Below are positions 26,735 through 36,374 of a DNA stretch of 64,000 nt, in pieces. Where the stretch lies: NCBI GenBank assembly GCA_963674965.2, contig CAXXFL010000007.1, forward strand, positions 224,001 through 288,000, in the 5' to 3' direction. The translations under genes and the position numbers were made by a program. Within the stretch, counting starts at the first letter, position 1. Each line of letters begins with the position of its first letter. The notes below the pieces were generated by a model, which ran no database searches, was not told the DNA's origin, and was given only the letters and a program-made list of their open reading frames with translations. Source of the DNA: a bacterium. GTDB taxonomy: Bacteria; RBG-13-61-14; DATKZS01.

Positions 26735-29053
26735 CTACAGGGAGTTTCCCACGGAGAACACGAACTGACTGGGCCTGTCGTTATCTCTCGGGGTCAGCGG
26801 GTAGGCGAGCTCGAACCTGAGCGGCCCCATGGGCGACATCCATCTCAGCCCGAATCCCCAGTCCTGGAGGAGGTTCGTGAGGTCCATTTCCTCGCCGTCG
26901 TTATAAACGTTACCCGCGTCGTAGAACACGGCGAACTTCATGCCCAGGGCGTCGGAAAGCGGTATCAGGTACTCGGCCGTGAACATCGCCTCTTTATTTC
27001 CGCCGATGGGGGTCCGGACCGACTCGCTCTCCTGGAAAAAGGGGCTTACCGAGGCTATCTCGTATCCCCTGAGGCTCTTGGCCCCGCCCAGGAAATACCG
27101 CTCCGATATAAGCAGGTCGTCGCCCCCGTCGTAGCTCATGAAGCGGACCCTGCCTCGAAGCCCCATGTACGACTTGCCCCAGACGGGCTGGTAGTACCAG
27201 ACCTCGTTCCTGGTCTTGATAAAGTCCTTGTTGCCCCCGAACCAGTCGTATCCCGCGATCTCGATCGAGTTCAGCATCCGACTGCCGTCGGTGGGGTCTA
27301 TGTAGTTGTTAAGGGCGTTCCTGTCCAGGGAGAAGCTGACCCGTCCAATGTACATGTTCGAGGGCTGGAGCCGGTATATGGTGTCCTCATCCTCGAGGCT
27401 CTCAAGGTCCACGACGTTCACCGAATAAGAGGTGTAAAAACGAGTGTACTCGAGATGGGGAATGCGCCGGCCCAGGGTCACGCTCGCGCCCTGCCTCTTG
27501 TCCACGAACTCGACGTAGTAGTTCTCGGTCGAAAACACGTCGAAGCCGAAGTACCAGTTCGAGTCCAGGAAATAGGGGTCCGCGTACTTGATATAGTAAG
27601 TCTGGGTCTTGTCGCTAATCTGGGTCTGAAAGGTTATATCCACGCCCCGGCCCAGGAAGTTCGACTGCTGATAGGAGGCGGTGAAGAAATATTCCTCCGC
27701 CGTGGACACGCCCGCCCCGGCGGAAAAGGAACCGCTGCTTTTCTCCTCGACCGCCGCGTCCAGCTTGATGCGGTTGGGCTCGGAACCGGGCCGGGCGATA
27801 AGCTGGACGTCGGAGAAGAACCCCAGCCGGTTGACCCTGGCCTCGCTCCTTTTCGCCTCCCCCGTCGAGTAGAGCTGCCCCTCCTTGATGGTAAGCTCCC
27901 GACGTATTACCTTGTCATGCGTCTTGTAATTTCCCGCCGGCTCGATCCTCTCGACGTATACCTTGGCGCCTTTCCTGACCCGCCAGGTCAGGTTGGCGAT
28001 ACGGTTTTCCCGGTCCAGGTCCAGATCGGGAACTATCTCGGCCAGGGCGTATCCCTCGTTGCCGTAGTGGTCGGCCAGATATTGCTGGTCCTTGAAGAAA
28101 AGGCTTTTCCTGAATATCTCGCCCTCCTCGAGGGAGAACCCGTCCAGGACCTTTTGCTTGGGCACGATGAGGTCTCCCTGGATATCGATCTTTCCTACCC
28201 TGTATTGTGGTCCCTCCACCACGCCTATCCCAAGGAGAACGTTCTTTTTATCCTCCGTCAAAAGCTTTTCAGGCTCGGTAAAGGTCGACTCGAGGTATCC
28301 ATTGTCCTCGTAGTAAAAATCCAGAACGTACTGGTCCCGAAGGAAATCCTCCCTGCTGTACTTGGAGGCCGTGACTATGCCCTCGGGCTTGGTCGTCATT
28401 CTTCTTCTCAGGTCCCGGTCGGAGATGTTCTCGTTGCCGAATATCTTTACGTCCTTGACCGTGGGCTTCTTGCCCTCATTGGCCACGAAGGTCACGTCCA
28501 CCATGTTGGGGCCCGACTTCTCGACGCGGACGTCAACGGTGGCCATGAAGTGTCCCCGCGAGGCGTACTCGTCCAGCAACTTGCCCCGGATGACCGAAAG
28601 CTTGGCCGGATCGTACACGGACCTCTCCTTGATATCCACGATGCCGGCCAGGTCCTCCTCGTTTAAAGCCTTGGTCCCCTCGTATTTGATCTTCCGGATG
28701 ATGGGCTTTTCCACCACGATATAGGTCAGCACCACTCCTGACCGGAGAAGGCCGGAATCGTAGCTTTTCTCGACCGTCACGTCCCTTACGAAACCTGACT
28801 TGTAAAGAGCCCGTATGTCCTCCGAGACCTGGTCCGCCGAATACTCCTTGCCCTCACGGGAACCGATAAAGGAACGGACCGTCTCCTCTTCGAGCGCCCG
28901 GTTGCCCTCGACCCGGATATCCGAGATTATCTCGGCCATGGACCTCGAACCAAGCCCCAATACCATAATGGCGAGAACGATGGGTAACATCCTCGCCATG
29001 GCGGGCGTTCCCCACGAGAACGCCCGGATCATGTTTTTCTTTTCCAACTTCAA
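26735..29053 (-). CDS. bamA: Outer membrane protein assembly factor BamA
   Basis: POTRA repeats (IRVEGN, IFGN, GNYKTHDKVIRRE), NFLGRG, SLRGY, SPMGPLRF. Confidence 0.97.
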   Translation of the reverse strand: MKLEKKNMIRAFSWGTPAMARMLPIVLAIMVLGLGSRSMAEIISDIRVEGNRALEEETVRSFIGSREGKEYSADQVSEDIRALYKSGFVRDVTVEKSYDSGLLRSGVVLTYIVVEKPIIRKIKYEGTKALNEEDLAGIVDIKERSVYDPAKLSVIRGKLLDEYASRGHFMATVDVRVEKSGPNMVDVTFVANEGKKPTVKDVKIFGNENISDRDLRRRMTTKPEGIVTASKYSREDFLRDQYVLDFYYEDNGYLESTFTEPEKLLTEDKKNVLLGIGVVEGPQYRVGKIDIQGDLIVPKQKVLDGFSLEEGEIFRKSLFFKDQQYLADHYGNEGYALAEIVPDLDLDRENRIANLTWRVRKGAKVYVERIEPAGNYKTHDKVIRRELTIKEGQLYSTGEAKRSEARVNRLGFFSDVQLIARPGSEPNRIKLDAAVEEKSSGSFSAGAGVSTAEEYFFTASYQQSNFLGRGVDITFQTQISDKTQTYYIKYADPYFLDSNWYFGFDVFSTENYYVEFVDKRQGASVTLGRRIPHLEYTRFYTSYSVNVVDLESLEDEDTIYRLQPSNMYIGRVSFSLDRNALNNYIDPTDGSRMLNSIEIAGYDWFGGNKDFIKTRNEVWYYQPVWGKSYMGLRGRVRFMSYDGGDDLLISERYFLGGAKSLRGYEIASVSPFFQESESVRTPIGGNKEAMFTAEYLIPLSDALGMKFAVFYDAGNVYNDGEEMDLTNLLQDWGFGLRWMSPMGPLRFELAYPLTPRDNDRPSQFVFSVGNSL

Positions 29054-29224
29054 TACCGCCCGTTACAACTTAAACAAGTTACCAGCATTCCACTTTTAAC
29101 GCAAGCTTATCGCCCTTGTCTCCATGACGCGGGGCGGCCCGATCAAGGTCCATATTGCTCGCGCCAGGGTATTTGATTCCCCTGAGCCAAAAGCGTTCCA
29201 TTTTACCGCTTCCTTAGTAAAGTC

Positions 29225-29266
29225 AAAGGGCGGACCCGGTCCCCACCCGGTTCCCGGCCCGCCCAA
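29225..29266 (-). terminator. Probable intrinsic terminator after trpB2
   Basis: Minus strand GGGCGGGCCGG...CCGGGTCCGCCC followed by TTT. Confidence 0.55.
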
Positions 29267-29280
29267 TAACAACATAATTA

Positions 29281-30639
29281 TTAGAGGTTTACCTGAGGAA
29301 GCTTCTTCAGGGCCTCCTCGATGGCTTTCTCCGGATGCTCGTAGTCCTCCATCTTGCCCGAAAGATAATAATCATAGGAGGCAAGATCGAAATGTCCGTG
29401 ACCGGAGGCGTTGAAGAGTATGACCCTTTCCTTTCCCTCTTCCTTGGCCTTATTGGCCTCCTCGATCGCGGCCTTGACCGCGTGGGCCGTCTCCGGCGCC
29501 ACCACGTGTCCCTCGGTCTTGGCGAAGAGCATGGCCGCGTCGAAGACCTCGGTCTGATGGTAGGCCACCGCCTCGATCAGGTTCTCGTGCACGAGCTGGC
29601 TGATGATGGGAGCGTCTCCATGGTAGCGAAGTCCACCCGCGTGGATGCCGGCCGGCACGAAGTCGTGTCCCAGCGTGTACATCTTGGCGATGGGCGCCAT
29701 CTTGGCCGTGTCGCCGTAGTCGAAGGCGTAAACGCCCTTGGTCAAGGTCGGGCATGCCGCCGGCTCCACCGCCACTCCCCTGACTTCCTTGCCGTTTATC
29801 TTGTCGTACATGAAGGGAGCGACCATGCCTCCGTAATTGGAGCCGCCGCCGCAGCATCCGATAACCACGTCCGGGTAATCGCCGACCATCTCGAGCTGCT
29901 TTTTGCTCTCGAGCCCTATTACCGTCTGATGCAGGATAACGTGGTTGAGCACGCTGCCCAGGGCGTAGTGGGTGTCGTCGCGGGTGGCCGCGTCGAACAC
30001 GGCCTCGCTGATGGCTATGCCCAGGCTGCCCAGGCTGTCGGGGTCCTGGGCCAGGATGGCCTTGCCCGGCTCGGTGAGGTCAGAGGGGCTGGGAACGACC
30101 TTGCCGCCCCAGGTCTCCATAATGATACGGCGGTAGGGCTTCTGGTTATAGCTCACCTTGACCATGTAGACCATGATCTCGATGCCCATCAACATGCCGG
30201 CAAAGGAAAGAGCGCTTCCCCATTGTCCCGCGCCCGTCTCGGTCGCCAGTCGCTTAACTCCCTCTTTTTTATTGAAATAAGCCTGGGCCACCGCCGTGTT
30301 GGGCTTGTGCGATCCCGCGGGGCTGACTCCTTCCCACTTGTAGTATATCTTGGCCGGCGTGCCCAGCGCTTTCTCCAGGCTCTCCGCCCTGACCAGCGGG
30401 GAGGGACGCCAGATTTTAAGAATGTTGAGTACTTCCTCGGGGATTTTGATCCACCGCTCCATGCTGACTTCCTGCTCGATAAGTCCCATGGGAAAAAGGG
30501 GCGCCAGGTCGTCGGGCGTCACCGGCTGGAGAGTTCCCGGATGCAGAACCGGCGTTGGTCCTCCCGGAAGGTCGGGAAGGATGTTGTACCATTCCGTGGG
30601 CATATCCGATTCATTCAGAAAAATTTTCTTGACCGCCAT
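29281..30639 (-). CDS. trpB2: TrpB2-type PLP enzyme (stand-alone tryptophan synthase beta 2)
   Basis: [43 protein letters not shown] before MAVKK. Confidence 0.95.
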   Translation of the reverse strand: MAVKKIFLNESDMPTEWYNILPDLPGGPTPVLHPGTLQPVTPDDLAPLFPMGLIEQEVSMERWIKIPEEVLNILKIWRPSPLVRAESLEKALGTPAKIYYKWEGVSPAGSHKPNTAVAQAYFNKKEGVKRLATETGAGQWGSALSFAGMLMGIEIMVYMVKVSYNQKPYRRIIMETWGGKVVPSPSDLTEPGKAILAQDPDSLGSLGIAISEAVFDAATRDDTHYALGSVLNHVILHQTVIGLESKKQLEMVGDYPDVVIGCCGGGSNYGGMVAPFMYDKINGKEVRGVAVEPAACPTLTKGVYAFDYGDTAKMAPIAKMYTLGHDFVPAGIHAGGLRYHGDAPIISQLVHENLIEAVAYHQTEVFDAAMLFAKTEGHVVAPETAHAVKAAIEEANKAKEEGKERVILFNASGHGHFDLASYDYYLSGKMEDYEHPEKAIEEALKKLPQVNL

Positions 30640-30902
30640 AATCTCCTCCATTCTCTTTATTGTCGTTAAATTCCTCGATCGCGCCTTGGCGCGGACTTAG
30701 CCCTCCCATGTCCTGGAAAAGCGAGGCTAAAGTACGTGGATTTTTCAGGGCTTCACCATCGCCATCGCCGGCGAAGGATAATATAGGGACCTTGCCAAGA
30801 CGCAAGGTTAACTCGTTTTCGATCGTGCTTTCCGATGTTCATAACGGGGCCATATTCATTACAAAACTGGCCGGCCCGGCCTTAATGGAAGAGGCCGGAC
30901 AA

Positions 30903-31751
30903 TCAGCCTTTGATAAGGACCAGGTCTCCTTTTTTGGAATCGAGCTTCTCTCCCAGATGGTCGCACTTAACGTTGAACATGAAGAAGAACCGCTCTCCCC
31001 TTCCCTCGAGGGCCTCGTAACTGGCCTGTCCCTTGGCGATGACGAGGTCGGCGCTTTCGAGGGCCTTTTGGAACATGCCTTCTCCCACGCCCGGGACTAC
31101 CCCCGCGAAGTTGGTTCCCGTCTCGATGACCCTGCCCACTTTTTCGAGGCCCACCTGTTTTGCGTCCTCCATGGTGGCGTCCATGGCCACGGGCCCGGAC
31201 TTGACGGCGGCAAGGACCATCTTTCCGTGGGCCTTAAGGCCCTCTAAAAGCACGCGGTCCAGGACCATCTCGCCCGCGTTGTCCAGGATATAAAGTATCC
31301 TTCCCGCCCCGGCCAGGGCGGCCTCGAGATCGGAAAAATCGAACCTCGTCACGCCGTCGCCAAAAGCCTTTTCCAAGGCGGCCTCGAGTTCGTCATTGTC
31401 CCTGACTCCCATGTCAAGGCAACTGCCGGCCAGGGCCAGCCTGAAGGCGGCCTCGAGCTTGTTCTCCGCCGACTTGATCCTGCCCAGCAGGGACGGAAGC
31501 GCGGCCATGACCTTTTCGTTGGCCTCCCGTTTCATATCGGCGTAAAGGTCGGGCCTGCCCGCGACCTGGGCCACCTTGTGAAGGATAAGGCTCACGTTGT
31601 AAGCCGGAGGCTTTTCTTTATCCAGATCGGCCAGAACGGAAGCGGCCTGAGTGTAGGCCGCCCAGCGCTCGTCTTCATCCTCAATCGCGAATAATATAGT
31701 TTTGTTAAGCTGCTCCAGGAAACAAGGAAAACAACTGCTGTCGGACTTCAT
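30903..31751 (-). CDS. DUF89/ARMT1-like damage-control phosphatase family protein (divergent)
   Basis: N-terminal CFPC, LDNAGEMVLD, DAT, AKGQxxYE, VKC. Confidence 0.85.
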   Translation of the reverse strand: MKSDSSCFPCFLEQLNKTILFAIEDEDERWAAYTQAASVLADLDKEKPPAYNVSLILHKVAQVAGRPDLYADMKREANEKVMAALPSLLGRIKSAENKLEAAFRLALAGSCLDMGVRDNDELEAALEKAFGDGVTRFDFSDLEAALAGAGRILYILDNAGEMVLDRVLLEGLKAHGKMVLAAVKSGPVAMDATMEDAKQVGLEKVGRVIETGTNFAGVVPGVGEGMFQKALESADLVIAKGQASYEALEGRGERFFFMFNVKCDHLGEKLDSKKGDLVLIKG

Positions 31752-31871
31752 ATTCGGCTCCTTCCCCCCGCGGCTAACTCGCCGAATCGGCCAACCGGGC
31801 CAAATCGGCTTTGCCCTGCGCGCTAGTTACGTTAAACCCCCGCCATATCTCCATAATTATCGAGGATGTAT

Positions 31872-31901
31872 AAACATAAACCAAACTCGCTCCAAGGTCA
31901 A
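31872..31901 (-). promoter_or_regulatory. Putative sigma70 promoter for the DUF89 gene
   Basis: TTGACC-17 nt-TATGTT on the minus strand. Confidence 0.45.
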
Positions 31902-32049
31902 GACCGGACAAGCCAAAGCATGAAAGAAACCGAGAGACAATTCCGGCGGCTCATGGAAACCACAATAACAACCAAGCCGGCCATGAACGCTGGATGACCC
32001 GACGGCCGGCCGCCGAGGCGCCCATGTCTTGTTTTTCGCGCCCCGTTCC

Positions 32050-32078
32050 TTTACAAAAGGGGAGGCCGATGCTATACT
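32050..32078 (+). promoter_or_regulatory. Putative sigma70 promoter of secG
   Basis: TTTACA-17 nt-TATACT with TGn extension. Confidence 0.65.
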
Positions 32079-32108
32079 TTTTCGATCATTAATGAGAGGC
32101 GAAGACTC

Positions 32109-32690
32109 ATGTTAGAGACATTGTTATCGATCGTTCACGTGCTGGTTTGTCTGGCGCTGATTTTAATAATCCTTTTGCAAACCGGCAAAGGGGCCGGAAT
32201 GGGAGCGGCTTTCGGCGGCTCGAGCCAGACGCTTTTCGGATCCACGGGCCGGGCCACTTTTTTGACCAAGGTTACCATCGCGGCGGCTATCATCTTCGGC
32301 TTTTCCAGTCTTGGTCTCACCCTTCTCTCGACGGGTGGATCGAGCCTGATGGACGATTATAAACCCAAGCCGAACGTTAGCGATACTCCCTTGCCTCCAC
32401 CCATACCCAGCGCGCCGGGGGCCAACGTTCCCATCCTTCCCCCCGGGGAAGAAGGACCGGGCGCCATGACGCCCGACGAAACGGCCCCGGAAACTCCCGG
32501 CTCGGCATTCCCCGCTCTTCCCGGCTTCGAGCCGGTCGAGCCCTCGGCCGAACCGACGGAGGCCCCCACCTCAGGCCCGGCCATGACGCCGGCCCCAACG
32601 GAGGCGCCCCCGGCCGAGGCCATTCCATCCTCGCCGACCGAGGCCCCCACCTCGGGCCCCGAGAGGGACGAGGAAGGCGGCCAGCAATAG
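32109..32690 (+). CDS. secG: Preprotein translocase SecG with long Pro-rich C-terminal tail
   Basis: ILLQTGKGAGMGAAFGGSSQTLFGS...FLTKVT; followed by tRNA-Leu(GAG). Confidence 0.95.
   Translation: MLETLLSIVHVLVCLALILIILLQTGKGAGMGAAFGGSSQTLFGSTGRATFLTKVTIAAAIIFGFSSLGLTLLSTGGSSLMDDYKPKPNVSDTPLPPPIPSAPGANVPILPPGEEGPGAMTPDETAPETPGSAFPALPGFEPVEPSAEPTEAPTSGPAMTPAPTEAPPAEAIPSSPTEAPTSGPERDEEGGQQ
32553..32660 (+). repeat. Imperfect direct repeats encoding PTEAPTSGP x2 and PTEAPP in the SecG tail
   Basis: CCGACGGAGGCCCCCACCTCAGGCCCG (32553) vs CCGACCGAGGCCCCCACCTCGGGCCCC (32634). Confidence 0.85.
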
Positions 32691-32704
32691 CGGATTTTTC
32701 GACC

Positions 32705-32733
32705 TTGCAAAAATCCGAGTATGGGGTTATATT
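32705..32733 (+). promoter_or_regulatory. Putative sigma70 promoter of tRNA-Leu
   Basis: TTGCAA-17 nt-TATATT, ending 11 nt before the tRNA. Confidence 0.65.
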
Positions 32734-32744
32734 ATTTATCCACC

Positions 32745-32831
<87 letters not shown>

Positions 32832-32961
32832 TATAATAGACTTCAGAATACGTCTCATACAATTCTTTTTATCGTCAATTTTCCGATTGCTTTTCCCTCC
32901 GGAAAGGTGTACATTCTCCATCAGGTAACAGCGATATTGGCCCTATTAAAGGAGGGGTAAA

Positions 32962-34506
32962 ATGGCTTTTATTTCCCGCGGCAATGGTCGTTTTGGGATG
33001 GGTCTTATTTTCCTCTTTTTGTTTTTGTGTCCCACGCCGTCCGGCGCGCAATCGGTTCCCGGGCTCATCAACTATCAAGGCCGGCTCTCCGCCGACGACG
33101 GAACGCCGGTCAGCGGCCCCCGCCAAATGTATTTCGCCATTTATGATTCTCCATCATCGCCGACGCCACTTTGGGGAGAGACCCAGACCGTGACCATGTC
33201 CGGCGGTCTCTACCACGTTCTGCTTGGTTCGGTGCATTCCATTCCTCCGTCATTGTTCAGCGGTCCGGAGCGGTACCTCGAGGTGAAGGTGGAGGGCGAG
33301 GTCCTGGGGCCTCGGACCGCCTTTGCCAGCGTCCCCTACGCCCTGGCATGCGATTTAAATTCGCTATTAACCAATCAGGATTTGGATGAAGACGGCCACG
33401 CCTCGGCCCTCTTCGGGGGAGACGACTGTAATGACGCCGACCCCCAGACCTATCTGGACGCCCCCGAAATTACCGGCGACGGCATGGATCAGAGCTGCGA
33501 CGGGTACCCGCTGGGTCCGCGCGACGTCTGCCTTTTATGCGGCGTCCCCCAGGACAGGTCGCTCGACGGCTGCGCCGCTGAAATCGAGGGCGACTACATT
33601 ATCGGATACTCCGGCTTCGAGTCGATGCGGGACTGCATGGAAACCGGCGGGTGTTCCAGTTTCCAAACCTGTTTCGACGTCATGAGAGCCGGACTCGAGG
33701 ACGATCTTTGCTCCTACCTCGATTCCTGCGGCTATATCGACTACTCCGACTGCCTGCTTGACGTCGCCGTAAATTGGGATGGCGACCGGATGGCGGTACT
33801 TACTGCCCCGACGGTCTGCCTCCTGGAAACCGCGTCCTGCGATCCTGCCGCGATCCGGGAATGTTTGACCACCGAGGCGCTTGATTATAACCGCATGGTG
33901 GACAGCCAGAGCAATTTCGCCCTCGATTTTCATTTGATCGTTCCCTTTTCGGACCCGGCCCAGAGTTTCCAGGTGAAAAATCCTCGGGGCGTTATCTCTC
34001 CCCTGGTTCATGACGGCGGCTGGAACTGGAGCATCAGTACCGTGTTCGAACCTCTTTCGCCCTTTGGCCGCGACTGGCCGGCGGGGACCTACCAGATTCT
34101 TTCCGGCGCCACCGTCTACGACGCTTTCAACGTGCCGCCCTACGACGTCTCAATGTACCCCAAGACGTTTTTTGGCGTCACCCCCGCTCATCTCAGCGCC
34201 GTCGACGTGAACCCTTTGCCAGTAAGCTGGCAACTCAATACGGGGGCGGAGCCCATGAGCGTTTTCCTGCAAAACAAAAATTTCGTCCGCGGCACAAATT
34301 TCGAAAGCGATGACATTGCTCCCGACGTTTTCAAATGCAGCCTCCAGGTCCCGCCGAATACTTTAACCGGCGATACCCTTACCGTCCTTTTCTCGACCAA
34401 GGTCGCCTCCTCTTACGCGAACCTGGACGACTTGAAGCAGGTCTTCCTGCGCCAGTTCTGCAGCCACAACTGGGCGGAATACACCTGGACGGGACCGGAC
34501 CTGTAG
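32962..34506 (+). CDS. Secreted modular protein: INYQGRL...SVPYA N-domain, MopE-related putative metal-binding motif, Cys-rich repeats, Ig-like C-domain
   Basis: AAGGAGG RBS, signal peptide; DLDEDG...DCNDAD...APEITGDGMDQSCDG; two 6-Cys units. Confidence 0.75.
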   Translation: MAFISRGNGRFGMGLIFLFLFLCPTPSGAQSVPGLINYQGRLSADDGTPVSGPRQMYFAIYDSPSSPTPLWGETQTVTMSGGLYHVLLGSVHSIPPSLFSGPERYLEVKVEGEVLGPRTAFASVPYALACDLNSLLTNQDLDEDGHASALFGGDDCNDADPQTYLDAPEITGDGMDQSCDGYPLGPRDVCLLCGVPQDRSLDGCAAEIEGDYIIGYSGFESMRDCMETGGCSSFQTCFDVMRAGLEDDLCSYLDSCGYIDYSDCLLDVAVNWDGDRMAVLTAPTVCLLETASCDPAAIRECLTTEALDYNRMVDSQSNFALDFHLIVPFSDPAQSFQVKNPRGVISPLVHDGGWNWSISTVFEPLSPFGRDWPAGTYQILSGATVYDAFNVPPYDVSMYPKTFFGVTPAHLSAVDVNPLPVSWQLNTGAEPMSVFLQNKNFVRGTNFESDDIAPDVFKCSLQVPPNTLTGDTLTVLFSTKVASSYANLDDLKQVFLRQFCSHNWAEYTWTGPDL

Positions 34507-34890
34507 AAACCGCTGGAATCGCACGGGCGAGGAGCCAAGCCGAATGTTGGATCGGCCGTCTCGATTTCCAACATTAAGACTCCCCCCGTCATTTATATCA
34601 CCCGAATAAAGCGAGGGGGGGAGGGGGAAGGACGTCCTCGAACTCCACAAACCGTCCTTCCCCCGCTTTCTGCCATATAAACCGCCAATCCAATGGCCCC
34701 GCTTCCGCCTCACCTTTCGGAATCATTCAATCTCCAGCGGCGCGGTCTCAAGCCATTGATTTGAATTCAGGCTTGTTTAGCGCAAGAATGCTCTCAATTA
34801 ACGTTTGCCGTTGACGCCGGGCCAAGTCAAAGGCCTATTTATCCGGACGTTTTTTCCGGACGGCTTGGCGTAAGTAAGAGGAGAAAAACA

Positions 34891-36315
34891 ATGAAGAAAT
34901 CGCGCAAAATTCCAGCATTGGCGGGGTTCCTCCTGGTTGTCGCCGCCGGTTCGATGGCTTCTTTCGCGCCGCAAGATTACGACCCCTTTACCTTGTTCAA
35001 AGCCGCTCCCATCGGCACGGGCTACGCCGCCAAGATGCTTTGCACGGGCGTTTTCGTCTCGGGCCGCGACCCCGACTCGCTGTGGAAAGAGGACCTGGAA
35101 TTGATGCGCAACAACCTCGTTCGAGGCCGGGTCGACTATAAAAACAAGTCGGCCGAGGCCTATATCTTCGGTTTTCTTTTCAAGCGGACGGCCGTATATC
35201 GGGAGGATTGCGGCTGTACTCTCGTTATTGGGACGTCGAAAGATGATTTGATAACACAATGCGAGGTGGAACTCCCGAGGCCGGAGGATAATATTAAAGA
35301 CCTCCCCTGGCCCATGGGGGACGAGATGGAAGCTTCCGAGCCGCCCGGCGTCGATCACGAGCAACTTGACAAGGCCCTGGACTGGGCTTTCAGCGAGGAT
35401 GATAAAAAAGTCCCCGTCAGGACCAGGGCCGTCATCGTTTTGTACGACGGAAAAATCGTGGCCGAGCGCTACGGCGATGGCTACTCGAGGGACACCCGCC
35501 TCCTGGGTTGGTCGATGACGAAAAGCGTGACCGGCGCCTTGATAGGAATTCTCTCCCGGCAAGGAAAGCTCGATATCCATCAGCCCGCCCCCATCGAGGA
35601 ATGGCAAAACCCGGGCGACGCGCGCCGGAATATTACCATCGACCAGTTGCTCCGCATGAGCGGCGGCCTCGAGTTCCGGGAGGAATACGAGCAGAACCCC
35701 GACACGGACGCGGGCTTCATGTTCTTTACCGTGCCCGACATGACGGCCTTCGCGGCGAACAAGCCGCCGGTGGCCGAGCCGGACCGCGAATTCAGCTACT
35801 CCAGCGGCACCACCATGCTCCTCGGCCGTATCATTCGCGTCACGGTGGGCGGCTCTTTCGAGGACTACCTTTCCTTCCCTCGCCGGGAGCTTTTCAACAA
35901 GCTGGGCATGGCAAGCGCGATCATCGAGACGGACCCCTCGGGCACCATGGTGGGAGCCGGGTTCATGTACGCGACGGCTCGGGACTGGGCCAGGTTCGGT
36001 CTTTTATATTACAACGACGGGGTCTGGAACGGGGAAAGGATACTGCCCGAGGGCTGGGTCGAGTATACCCGTACTCCATCCCCGACGTCCCAGGGCTACG
36101 GCGCTCAATTCTGGCTTAATGCGGGGGGCAAGGACAGGTGGATGCCCGACTGTCCAGAGGACATTTACAGCGCCTGGGGACACGAGGGCCAATTCGTGAC
36201 CATTTCTCCTTCCCGCAAGGCCATAATCGTTCGCCTGGGCCAGACTTTCGACGAGGAAAAAAACTGGGACCACAACTACTTCGTGTCCAGCGTATTGAAA
36301 GCATTGCCAAATTAA
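34891..36315 (+). CDS. Secreted serine hydrolase, beta-lactamase class C-like fold
   Basis: WSMTK (SxxK), FSYSS, LLRMSGG, WGHEGQ; signal peptide. Confidence 0.92.
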   Translation: MKKSRKIPALAGFLLVVAAGSMASFAPQDYDPFTLFKAAPIGTGYAAKMLCTGVFVSGRDPDSLWKEDLELMRNNLVRGRVDYKNKSAEAYIFGFLFKRTAVYREDCGCTLVIGTSKDDLITQCEVELPRPEDNIKDLPWPMGDEMEASEPPGVDHEQLDKALDWAFSEDDKKVPVRTRAVIVLYDGKIVAERYGDGYSRDTRLLGWSMTKSVTGALIGILSRQGKLDIHQPAPIEEWQNPGDARRNITIDQLLRMSGGLEFREEYEQNPDTDAGFMFFTVPDMTAFAANKPPVAEPDREFSYSSGTTMLLGRIIRVTVGGSFEDYLSFPRRELFNKLGMASAIIETDPSGTMVGAGFMYATARDWARFGLLYYNDGVWNGERILPEGWVEYTRTPSPTSQGYGAQFWLNAGGKDRWMPDCPEDIYSAWGHEGQFVTISPSRKAIIVRLGQTFDEEKNWDHNYFVSSVLKALPN

Positions 36316-36374
36316 AATATCTTCGCGGCGGCTTCCCTTTATACATTTTAAGCCGGCGCTTGCGGGAGGAAGGC

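Noticed and set aside
25811-28666. 951-aa plus-strand ORF
   Set aside because: Antisense shadow of bamA/skp/lpxA caused by GC-rich codon bias; no motifs
30740-30775. GGCGATGG motif in the trpB2 leader resembling a fluoride riboswitch, or a Trp attenuator
   Set aside because: Downstream riboswitch consensus missing; no Trp-codon leader peptide or terminator seen
31920-31997. 25-codon ORF MKETERQFRRLM... upstream of secG
   Set aside because: No RBS or recognisable similarity; too short to support
34611-34648. Interrupted inverted resemblance to the tRNA-Leu 3' end (GCGAGGGGGGGA...CTCGAACTCCACA)
   Set aside because: Wrong orientation for an attR, split by 14 nt, driven by a G-run, and no integrase; probably chance
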